A stretch of DNA of 64,000 bases from NCBI GenBank assembly GCA_030141605.1, contig JAQGDQ010000576.1, positions 72,985 to 136,984 on the forward strand, written 5' to 3'. The notes under the pieces were generated by a model. The model did not search any database, had not been told where the DNA came from, and saw only the letters and a list, made by a program, of their open reading frames with translations. Shown in pieces: positions 1 to 12,476 of this stretch (positions are counted from its first letter, which is position 1; each line of letters starts with the position of its first letter). The position numbers were made by a program, and so were the translations under genes. The DNA is from Tubiluchus corallicola. Lineage: Eukaryota; Animalia; Priapulida.

Positions 1-68
1 GAAGAGAGAGAATGAGAGAGGAGAGAGAGAGAGAAGAGGGAGAGAGAAAGGAAGGAAAAGAGGGAGAA

Positions 69-153
<85 letters not shown>
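1..153. repeat. (GA)n microsatellite
   Basis: Direct inspection. Confidence 0.95.
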
Positions 154-158
<5 letters not shown>

Positions 159-317
159 CAAAACATTTAGTAAGACACAATGTGACACTGCTTGGTTGAA
201 ATTAGAAATTTTAGGTCACAGACATGTCTTCTCTGCTTGAAAGCATGGACGCATATACAGCCACAAATAAATATAAATATTTAAATTCTTGCTGACAGTT
301 CTTGCATTGGCTCGTAC

Positions 318-3300
318 CTGTGGGCAGCAAGACGACGGACTGACCATATTGTCCAATCAGTGATACAAGTTTGTGTTCCCAACACGACAAGCAACTAGTA
401 ACTGTCCATGTTTCTTCATTTTCTCGTCCTACTAAGTAACCCACAGAGCCAATGCTGCCGCTAACAGCTTCTAATTGCTGAAAAAAATAGTTGATATTAA
501 AAATGCCAAGGAAAATTATTCCCTGTTTGTTCAAAAGGCAGAAATTGTTGATTGCTGGGAACAAATACCTTTTAACTCCTTCAGGACTGCACCACTAAAA
601 ATGGATCTTATAAGACCTATGACTCTTCTGCTACTGTATGAGCACAGACATAACTAAATGATTACAAATTAGATACTGTTCTATTCAGGAAAATATTGAC
701 TATGCAACTATGCTATTTGTTTAAACATTTATAAATGACTTAATTGGATAAAATTAATTAAAATCACGCCCTTTTCAGGCACTCCAACTTAGCCTATTGA
801 GTAGTTTAGTCTGGCGTACACTTTCATGATTGTACACACTAATTTATTGATCACCTGCTTGCTACAAACCAAGCTGTGTGTCCAGTGTTTTGCTGCTATT
901 CCAGTAAAAACCAACCACTCAGCCAAGGAGAAGTTAAGGTTGTTTAATCTTTTAACAGGAATTTCTCCTTAAAAATAGAGTAGACTTAAGGCCAAAGTGC
1001 ATCAGAGTGTTGTGTCTGGATAGTTGCAATTTTCTGCATTGGCTGATTTCACACAAGTAATACTGTACATTGCTACAGTGCAAACACTGCAGTTACTGAA
1101 CACTTTTTTCAACTTATTTGTGAAAAAAATGATTTTTAATTTGTCTAAGGTAAACAAATGCATTTCATATATAATTTTGCATGAAAGTCCATTGTGTAAG
1201 AAGTAGAAACCTACAAAAATTATCAAATATAACATAATAGCTGCTTAATGAGAACAGTTTTTCACGAACCCCTGCAAAATGCAGCAAACTATCATGGTCC
1301 TGAACCAGTCATACCACAATCCTGGTACAGATTATGCAAAACAAGGCATCATTGATAAATCTTTAGAGCTGATGTCAACATAGCGCAATCTATTCTCTTT
1401 CTTCCTACCATTTCCACTAACACATCCTTCTACCCTTCCTGTGTGATCTAACCTTTCTCCCAGTTCTTTTTTCGTTCACTCATCCATTTTTTATCAGGTT
1501 CACATGACAGTGGGCTTATACAAGCCTTTGCTTCTCTAGCCCACTGCAGTACAATTATTCCTTTATGATAACGATAGTGTATGAAACATAACAATTTAGT
1601 ACAGTATGACGTAATAATTTTGATGTTACTGTGTGCTTTATATTATACTGAATGTGATAATAATAATAAATAAAAAAACATAAAGGTGAAGGAGGTAAAG
1701 AACTAAGAAACTGTGTGAGCTGTTGTTAGAAACGTCTTTGTCTAGTTTGCATGGAAAAGGGTGGACACAGAGAGCAATATGCTTCGTTATTAGTTTATTG
1801 TGGTTTGTCCAGCATCTTATGACTATTTATATCTGATCCAAATTTTAATCGTAACATCAGGCTGATTTTAATATTCGATTTTGTTTTGATTTTCAGAAAA
1901 TGCATGTCGATATGCTTGTTCTGCGATTATCGTTTGCACTCTATACAGTTAGCAAATACTTTTTGAGTAATGATATTTGTTTAGCAGACTGTTTTGGTAT
2001 TATGGCTATTAAAAAATTTTGATACATAGATCAGTTTTCGAGTACACATTTTGGAATATTACTAATGGCACTTTTAAATTTCATTATTTCTTATTATTTG
2101 TAATAGTCTGTTTTGTCATTGCGTTCTAAGGTCGCACTTAATTAACAATGTTAATTGTGGTAATGCAACATTTAGCATTTTCTTTCACAACAGAAATGCG
2201 GAATCTTAGGAAGAAATAATTACAAACAAGTTTAATCAATGATCGTGCAAGAAGACAGCCTGCCTGCTCTCCCACTCCTACCATCTTGCACTGAATGAAG
2301 AAAAACCATCATCTACTTTCCCACAGGTCTCATGTTGCTGCTACATTATAACATCACAACATAAACATAATATTGTAGTTAAATTTTGCTGTAGAAGAAA
2401 AACTAGATTAAGATTGGCAAATATAAAAATCGCGTTAAAATTGTAAATCTTAATTGTAACACTATTGGTTTATATATACCCACTCTCACACAATATTAGT
2501 TTAGTTTTAAAATATAATATAAACTGAAAATATAAAACTTATTCTACCCACTCTCACACAATAGGTATGTGTCACATACATTTTAACTCTTTCCCACGTG
2601 CATACCCTCAAATTTTAATTCTCACATATTCTGCAACTTCACCTGGTTTCCTCTGCTATCAGCACCAACCACAACGCAATAGTAGTTTTATTTTCCTAAA
2701 TAAATTTACAATGATTTGACAATAAAATACACAAAAATACAAACGAACATAGGAGAAAGGGTGGCAGAAAACCAAAGGTTATCTAGTCAACCACCCTTCT
2801 CAAAGGACAGTAAACAAAAGGACGCTAATGACAGCAGACACAACTATATTAAAAAATACATAAACGTTCAACTAGCAATACTACTCTAAATGAAACAGTA
2901 GCGTTCACGTGTAATACGCTAAAAGGCATTACAGTTACTGAACATTACACACTTTAGGGAGTTTTTCTCGTGAGTACAAAAGAGCATATTTATATCTAAG
3001 CACAGTAAACTGCAATAACAGGGTAAGGCCAGTACCACCTAAAAATTACATTTCGTTACTTTTGCTCAAGTTTTTTGATACCCAAAAAAGTTAGTGTTTC
3101 CCTTGAAAGAGCGATGTTTCACACTCATTTTTACATCAAACATTTGGCAGGTCTGTTGTAATCCTTAAAACCCCCAACCTGCAGGAGATTCGGCAGCGGA
3201 TTCCACTACAGGGGCTTACCTCCAGTCACACAGGGCTTACTATTTTGTGTCTCACTCCAAAAGTTTTTGTAAACTTTGAGTATTATTATAATTTGCTCTG

Positions 3301-3504
3301 GAGGTGCATATTCTGCCGTAAACTTAACAGCAGAATAATTGCATATTTACGTAAAATTCGCTATGAAGTTATCAACAAACGCAACTGTTGTACAACATAC
3401 ACCGTTTCGTGATGGTAACAGAAAAATAGTTTTGTTTTAAGTCTAACTTTTACCTTCACTGCCAAACGATGAAGCTCAATTTCTGCCATTATAGCAGCTA
3501 CCAT
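318..3504 (-). CDS. First two coding exons of a gene continuing off the left edge; MPN-like N-terminus (UFSP2/ODR4-like, tentative)
   Basis: Exon 3504-3454 (caaaacATGG context, MVAAIMAEIELHRLAVK, gtaaaa donor) splices in frame to exon 477-318 (ttttttcag acceptor, QLEAVSGSIGSVGYLVGRENEETWTVTSCLSC...VVLLPTG, gtacga donor). GYLVG and LLPxG resemble degenerate MPN domains. The family call is an inference. Confidence 0.5.
1324..1680 (+). mobile_element. Probable LINE 3' UTR fragment
   Basis: Nearly identical to 50151-50523; stem-loop cagtgggct..agcccactg and a (TAA)n/A-rich tail. Confidence 0.65.
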
Positions 3505-5406
3505 GTTTTGTGCCCACGTGTGAGTGGCATAAGGGAAACTAACGAAGAGGAAGAAATTCAGGATACCTTTTGATTTAGTTCAGTTTATTTCGCTAATACC
3601 TTGACTGAACCAGGGCCATAAAAGGCCGTAGAGCTACGCCTATAATAATTATAGGGACTAATGCGTTAAACCAAAATACATACACGGTGAAAAAAATTTT
3701 CATATAAAATAACAATTTATTTTACGCATCCAGACGTTTTGACTGCAACAGCTGATAGTCATCCTTAATGGTCTAATTATAATGTTACAAAATCCATAGG
3801 CCTAATTAGTAATTACCTACAGTAAGTATGATGGTAACGAGTTTTTTCAATTCAGTACATTTATTTCACAATAAACATATACATATGCATTACAAGTACA
3901 TTCATAAATTGTTTTGGTTTAGTATATGTTTCATTAATTCTACGCTAGAGACCTAGGAAGCTAGTCTAAGTTAGGCCACTAGAATTAGTTCAGAGAAAAA
4001 TTACAATATATTACTAATGGTTAGTTTGAGTTGCAGTGGGTGTTAGTAGTATTTCAATATTACGATGGTCGGTAAATCGCTTTAACACATTCGCTAAGCA
4101 TTTGTGGATGAGGCAGCATTTGTTTAGACTATATGTAGGTGTGCATTGTAGATATATATGCCGGTGGGAACTAACAACTATATTATTATCCAAGAGGGAA
4201 GTTTTTGAAAATGAAAAACAACAACAAGTATTGTATATGATTACAAACAACTGATGTGTTTTAATTAATAAATAAATACACTAGAGGCTGGATTCACCTG
4301 TACTGCATTTGCAACAGTCTCGTTAAGTGGGGTTTAGGCGCGTGGAAATATTTCGTTGTCTTAAGTCTTTTCTATGTTCTAGTGATTGATAATTGTGGTT
4401 AAGGATTAATTGTACCAGACAATGGCTTTGTGTACACTTGATAACAACTCGCAGCTTATGTTGTTGCAATACTAATAGTTTTAACAGCTAGTTGTATTTT
4501 TACTTAGTTAATTTTTCTTGCTCCCAAGCAAGATCCTTCTAGTTATTCAATCTACATATAGACTAATGCATAATTAAAGAGACCATGTAAAATAACTGAA
4601 GTCACTGACGTGATGCGACAGACAGCTTTGCTTTACACTTGTCACCTGACATACCGTCTCCTCCCTTCCCTTCTCTTCTATTAAGCACAGCTGTGTTATG
4701 TAATTCGATCTGGACCACAGAGGTGTTTTGTCTGGAGCACAGGTGCGTTATGCCCGGAGCACAGCTCTTATTAATACTGATGAAAATAAAAATTTAATGA
4801 TGCGCTTTTATTTGTGTAATTGATATTATTAAATTCAGTACAATGTTCCATAGTTAATCTCAGTGTGTTTCATCTCGCGTTTTTAGGCTCTTGCAAACAT
4901 TTCAGTGTCAGCTTTCATTTATTTAAGACCCTTTTCAATAATACTAATGTCGTATTATTATTATTATTATTATTATTATTAAATTATTATTATTTTCACC
5001 TAGTCATCATCTTATGTTTTTGTAACTTTTTGCGATTGTTTTTATTGTATAGTGTAATAAAACAACTAGTCATGTTAACGTCATTGTAAATTTCATCTCG
5101 TTTCCTTATTACGATTCATAGTTTTCTATAATACGAAGTAATCGATAAGTTTACATATGCAACACAATTATTGCCTTGCTTTTACTGAGCCAATTTCGAT
5201 ATAACTTTATCTGTGAATTGTAACAATACCATAGATATGGCTTGTGTAGATCAAAGAACTTGGTGATTGCTTAGCAGTGTTCTGCATTCTAGACAGTCAT
5301 GCTATTCTGATCTTCTTTGTTTAAGTTCCTAAGTAGTTTAATAAATACGACTTTATTGTGCACGCATTTGTCTGGTTGCTAATATTATTGTAGCGTGTAA
5401 CATGAA

Positions 5407-5555
5407 TGACGTCATCTGCATTTTCGATTTCCTGCTCTCCCGACTCTTTCTGAACACATTTCTTCTAAAGCCTGTCGAACCGGAGCAAGTGAGGGAAGTA
5501 CAACTTCCTTTACAGCCTAGCACAGTGGTGTTTGGCTGTTGTGCGCATGCGCACA
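5407..5555. promoter_or_regulatory. CRE (TGACGTCA) plus NRF1-type (TGCGCATGCGCA) motif pair; possible promoter
   Basis: Exact motifs at 5407-5414 and 5542-5553, about 2 kb upstream of the putative ATG at 3504. Confidence 0.3.
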
Positions 5556-6655
5556 TCTGAGATAAATGCTGTACGCTAGCGTCTGCTGCTTGGTAGAGCG
5601 AGTACTGTCTCTATCACAGTTACAATTGCCACGTGTTTACCGTGTACCGTCGTATTCATGGATGTGAAAAAATGTAAACTTAACCCGTGTGCTTAAAAAC
5701 ATAAATTATTTAATAATGGACTCTTTGCAACCCCAAGAAACAAGTTCTCTGACTGTAAGTGAACTACAACAGCTTAATTTTTCACACCTGTCTCTCCATG
5801 AGAAAGTTGCAGTTAAGAAGAGGCCGTTCAACACCTGATCTTCAAATATAACTACAACATTAAAATTAGATATGTTTGTTACGTTTTGCACCAAATTAAG
5901 ACAATGGCTAAAAATTTTTCTATAACAGCACCCCCACTAATATTAGCTATGAGCCGAGTGAATTTCAAACATTCCAGACTGACCTGGATTTGAGCCAAGA
6001 AGTTGAGGACTAAAGATTCAACACTATGACCACATTCTTTTAGTTGTTAAGAGAAAATAGTGTCAACTACTAGCCTTTCACCTACCCAGGTGTAGCGATG
6101 CTGTGGTAAGCCAAGGCACTGAACTCAAATAATTAATAATAATCAGTAACAACATACTTCTGCATGAAAGCTAAGAATTTATTCACATTCATTGATATTT
6201 AAGCTTTTCTGGTAAATAGTAACATCACTTAAAATCATCTTAAAATAAGGGACCAGCCTCACCAACAATTTTTAGCAAAAATTTTAACAACAGGAGCCAT
6301 TTCACAGTTTCGTTGTGCATGAGCGCAGTCAAAGGTTAAGTGTCTTAGCTGCAACCGTCACGTGACATGTGGTTAAAGCAAAGCTGTGTCCCACATCAGT
6401 TCACTAACTTCAGTTGTTTCACTCTGACTTTACTTAATTATGCTTTAGTCTGTGCGGGATCTTGCTCGGGAACAAGAAAAAATGAATTAGGTAAGGTTGT
6501 ACATCTAGCATTCACCTTTTTTTAAATACTATTACAATAACATGGGCTACGCGGTGTTGTGAAGTGTACACAAATGTGTTGTCTAGTACACGTAACCTTT
6601 GACCTGTTCATGATCATAACCAATCGCTGGAATCGCTTATTCTCAGTGCTAATTA

Positions 6656-9600
6656 CTACGTGCATGTCTGTTCTGTGCCATTTAGAGCTGCCCAATCAGG
6701 AAACGTGTTCCAGTCAAAAACAAAGTATCCATAACTGCTTGCAATGACAGTAACGATTAAACAGCAGACAACGTTCATTACTAATCCAGCTTTTGCCTGA
6801 AACGAAAACAATTTTGTATTACAGAGATATCACTGCACACGTGCATTTAACGTGTTTCAAGGGAACTGTGCTGTGTGTATGTTAGATAGATTGCTCCTTT
6901 ACTGTTGCTTTATTGTGTTGTTCATAAACTGCACCATTTGGCAAGGACATAATATTATTATTTATAGTTAAACACTGCAGCTTTATTAAAACTTTTTATT
7001 TACATAGTTAAAAAATCGTGTCACACGTTTCTACATGATTTTTTAACTATGTATGTGACGTGTTCTTATCTATGGTTTATATTTTAATGTTTGTGCTCAC
7101 TAAGGTTTCCCCTCACTGTTTTTAGCGGGCAAGCCAAGAGGCGTTATATACTCTGAGCTCTGGACATTAAAAGCAAATCATAAAGCTGAAATCGATGCGT
7201 TTCAAAGGCGAAATTACAGAAACATTTTGGGTATGATGGCCAAAGAAAATTTCAAACAAAGATCTATATGAAAAAATAAAAGAAGAACCTTGGACAAGAA
7301 AAATAAAAAGACGACGTTTAAGATGGATTGGGCACATGCTTAGACTACCTGATGATGTTCCAGTGAAGATAGCTCTTCAACAAGATATAGAACCAGCTAA
7401 AAAACCTGCAGGAGGACAAATGCTAACATATTTAGATTTTGCACAAGAAAGATTTAAACACTTCAGCATTGATCCTTAGAAACAAATGCACTTGGGCCAT
7501 TGCTGGCGAGCAGGGAGTCCTGGCATAGGGAGGTGAGCAGAATCATGTCCCTGGACGTTTGATTCAGTGAAGAAGAAGAGGCGTTACATCCTCTAGACTT
7601 ATCATGGCAGCAGTCTTTGTGAATAAACAGATTAATAAGGAAGAAAGATTTATGTTAAATGTTCTATAAGGTTTCTAACAAAGTTACAAATGTTGTCGAG
7701 ACGTTACAATGTAAATTAAAAGTTTTGATAAAGTTGTGGATATTTTAACTATAAATATTTTAAGTGCTTGTAATGATAAAACTGACTAGTAATACAAGAA
7801 TAGCTACAGACAAAAAGAATGCAATAACACAAGTGTGATAAACAGGTTGACTGCAAAAACACAAAGTCATTTCTACGCAACACTTAAAGGACAAGAAAAG
7901 GGGTACTGGAAGCATTCAGAAAAAGCCACTTAAAAAATTATGTTACTTGCGTAAACATTATGTACTCGCGTTAAAAAGAATTTTTGTTTGTTTCCATTTT
8001 AAATCTTCCGCAATACTGTTCCGATGGCGCCATTACATGACGTCATATACGCACAATGTAAATCAGGGGAAGAAAAGAGAATATTAAACTATGTCCCAAA
8101 AAATTTCCATGCAAATCTATGTTACTTAGCACTTCACTTACCTACTGAAAAGACTTACGTAACTAGAAATAATAATTTAAAATGTTTGTGCTAATTAGTA
8201 AAATGTAGCTGACTCACCCTCCAGGGTGTGCCACTCACTAACCAAAAACGTATTTTCAATCTTATTGACAAGATACAGTAATTTAAAATCTTACTTAGTT
8301 AATAACATGTGCACTACGAATGCTCTGATTATTTCTTCAAACTTCATGTAATGTTATTTAATCTTGTGTCAAACAAGCTACCATTAAAATGGCGGCGTCT
8401 AATGTTCATCACGAGAGTTTAAATTTACAAGTTTTATACAGAGATGCTGCTGAAGCAAGCCCTGCGTGCAAAAAGGCATCATGTAAGTGGTATAAAATTT
8501 AAATAAGAATGTTTAAGTTTTATGTAAGTGGAGGATTTTCGAGTGCTGTACAGCACATGCCGCTTACAGCGTTAATTTAGTGCTGAACTATGAGATGCAC
8601 ATATAATATTGTTTAACTACATACCATGTCTGAAATCCTTAATGTCCCGTAAGAAAACACAACAGCATTTGGTGGAGTTGCTACGGGCAACATGAAGGCG
8701 AACGAAGCTGCAATTACCGCTGGATACAGGAAATAGTAGGGATGAACTCGTAGAGCAGACGACTGTTAAACAAAATAAAAACTTTGTTAGTTTTACTAAT
8801 TAGATTATTAGTGTCAAGAATGTTCAGAAATCATTGAAGTTTATTTCACGACAATTATTACCCATTGCGCATAATGAGGCGAAGAAAGAAAGAAGACGTT
8901 GAAAAATGGTGTGCTACAAGGATGAATTCTTGGGCCTGCTCTGTCACGTTAAACTGGTAACTCAGGTAGCAGAGTTGATGAAAGAAAGAAGACGTTGAAA
9001 AATGGTGTGCTACAAGGATGAATTCTTGGGCCTGCTCTGTCACGTTAAACTGGTAACTCAGGTAGCAGAGTTGATGAAAGAAAGAAGACGATGAAAAATG
9101 GTGTGCTACAAGGATGAAATCTTGGGCCTGCTCTGTCATGTTGAACTGGTAGCTCAGGTAGCAGAGTTGATTGTGTTAGTAAGTCAATGTGAAAATAAGC
9201 AGTGCTTCTTGTGAGAAACATAACAATGAAATGCCAAATTTACTCGGGTAATTGATGTCCTCACTCAAACAAGAACATGAATTTATTCAAATCTGGCGTC
9301 AATTACTGAATTGAGAGCACTAGTACAAAAATCAGTTGAACAGTAATCTAGTTTTTGATTTTTGCACCAGCTTTGTATCACAGTATCGATTCCGAGCAAC
9401 AGGAGTTACTCAGCTTTAGGATCAAGTTACTTGCAAGTTACTCAGGCTAAGCAACAAGTCATTCGATTCAAATACCTAGTTACTGCATTTGAGCACAAAA
9501 TTACTTAATATTAGTAGCAATTTACTCCTTTTCAGTATCGAGTTACTTAATTTGAGCTTCGAGTTACTCTGTTTAAGCACCATGTCATTACATTTGCGCA

Positions 9601-12409
9601 TCGAGTTACAGTGAACTCTGCACAATATGGTTCTGTGTAATTCGGAATATCGTTCAATTTAGTAGAACGGATTTGTTTCTACATATCTCAATGCTTAAAG
9701 CAATTGCAAAACTAGGTACTTTTATCTTGGTATGCTGCTGATTTTGGCATATTTTAGGGGAAGAGTTTAAAGCAAAACCGGATCCAATCTTAAACTGCAG
9801 GTCAAAACAATCTACTCTTTAAAATACTGATAGGAAACATACTATTTTTTCAAAAATGACTTACGTGAAAGAATTATTAACACATAAACACAATTTCACG
9901 TTCGCGCCACTAGTTCTTCGCTGTTACATACATTTCGCCATTCAGTAGTTAGACAGGCACTAGCGCCTGCATTTTGAAAATTCATTGCACAAAAAACAGG
10001 TGTTGTATCTCTCAGTTCAGATGTGTTAGTTTCTGTCCAACTAAACACGTTCAACAGCTCGTGTGTGAGCACAGCGCTTGGTAAATTTGAAGTTTCATTT
10101 TAAAACTTGCCTAGTTTTAGTGCAACAAGCTGAATCTCTTACAGTAGCACTACACTTTTCTCTTTTACAAACATGTGCAACACGCTCGTTGAATATTTTT
10201 GCAGTTGAACATCATGTTAGTTTGTGATGTCACACTAGTTGGGCTCGCCAGCCTTTAACCCTTTCATACCCGTTGTATCCCATAAGATACAAGAATATTT
10301 TCTGCCTTTAAAATTAATAAAATTTTAAAACTGACAGTTACTTGATCTGTTAATAGTTATTTTGATTTAAGCCAATAATAATAGACTAAAAATGGTGACA
10401 AAATGGCAAACTAGAAAATCTACATAGCATAAAAAACTGCGCAAGGTATAGTACTTTAGAGACGACTTTGTACAGATCAGTATAGCATGCATACTAAATG
10501 TCTTAAATACTTTAAAAAATTATCAGCAGTTGCAAAATGAAGCAAATTTTATGCTTCCACTGAATCCCAATGTATCCCGTGGGATACAGGCTATATTTAG
10601 CACGCGGGCACAGGTAGAAAAAAATAATTATTATGTGTAAACAAGATGGACATACTGAACAAAAGTACCAAGCCAAAAAAAATTTTTCTTATTAAAAAAT
10701 AATTTGGTGATTGAAAAACATTCGGTAAACAAACCAATACTACAGCGCTTTTATGCACGAGGCAGGTGTCAATTACTGTATGTCAATTAATAGTCAAATT
10801 TATATTGCATTGGTTCACCAAATTACTTAATATGAATATGTGTGGAAGTTGGAATTGTACATTATAATTAGGTGCTGCCATCTATGGGCTACTCCTGTTA
10901 CATTCTACCAGCCGACTTACCCCCAGTATAATTGTATGGTCAAGTGAATGCATATTCACTGGTTCTCTCCCTAATGGTTGTTGTGAAGCCTGTGTAAATC
11001 TGCATAGGTCACCTATACCTATATATACTGACTGTTTTTGCTTTCTAGTCACTCTCACTCTCAGTGTTCAGTGCAGCAGTCATGCTACTCATGTGTCTTT
11101 ACTTTAATAAACACTTTTCTGTTGTGTGCAGTGCAAATATGTATTATAGATTTTTTATTCTTGTTCAGACTGCTGTGCCTAAACTCAATCATAACAAAGT
11201 GAGTGATCAACAACTTCAAACATGACTTTCACAATATGAGTTTACCCCTTTTGAGCATCAAGTTACTCAGTCTTAACATCAAATTACTTGGTTTGGGTAT
11301 CAAATTTCTCAATTTAACAATATGAAGAGAAAGTAGCCAATTCTGCACATTAACCTACTTAATTACATTGCCATATGACCTAATCAGAGATAATCTGGGT
11401 CAACAGTTCTGATTTTAATAATGAAACCAGGTTACTTAATCATAAAATACTGAATTTTCACAACCACGAAGACAGTGATATGAACATACTGATGATGGCA
11501 ACAATAATGATAACAAATACTATAATCACTGATTTAGAACACCCTGTACCATGCATGTTTATGTAACGACAACGGCAATAAACTTACCAGATCAGCTAGT
11601 ATAGGAATCATGATGGTGGCAACGGCTGGATTGCTGGCAAATTCGGTCAGTGTAGCAACGACGACGCACAGTATGAGAACAATGAAAAATGGCGGCACCG
11701 GGTCCAGAGAACAAAGAATAGAACTGATTTCCTTAGACAGACCAGATTTCTGGAAAAAAATATTGACTGAATTCGAGAAATTAAAGTACAAAAACAGCGC
11801 ATACATACACGATATACCAACATACATACATACATATATGCAGACATACATACACGCTACACACACACACACGCATGCACGCACATACATACATACATAC
11901 ACGCTATACCAACATACATACATACATATATGCAGACATACATACATGCTACACACACACACACACGCACGCACGCACATACATACATACATACACGCTA
12001 TACCAACATACATACATACATATATGCAGACATACATACATGCTACACACACACACACACGCACACACATACATACATACATACATACACGCTATACCAA
12101 CATACATACATACATATATGCAGACATACATACATGCTACACACACACATGCATGCACACACATACACACACGCACACATACACATGCTATACACACATA
12201 TATGCAGACATACATACATGCTACACACACACACACACACACACACATACATACATACATACATACACGCTATACCAACATACATACATACATATATGCA
12301 GACATACATACATGCTACACACACACACGCACGCACACACATACACACACGCACACATACACATGCTATACACACATATATGCAGACATACATACATGCT
12401 ACACGCACG

Positions 12410-12476
<67 letters not shown>

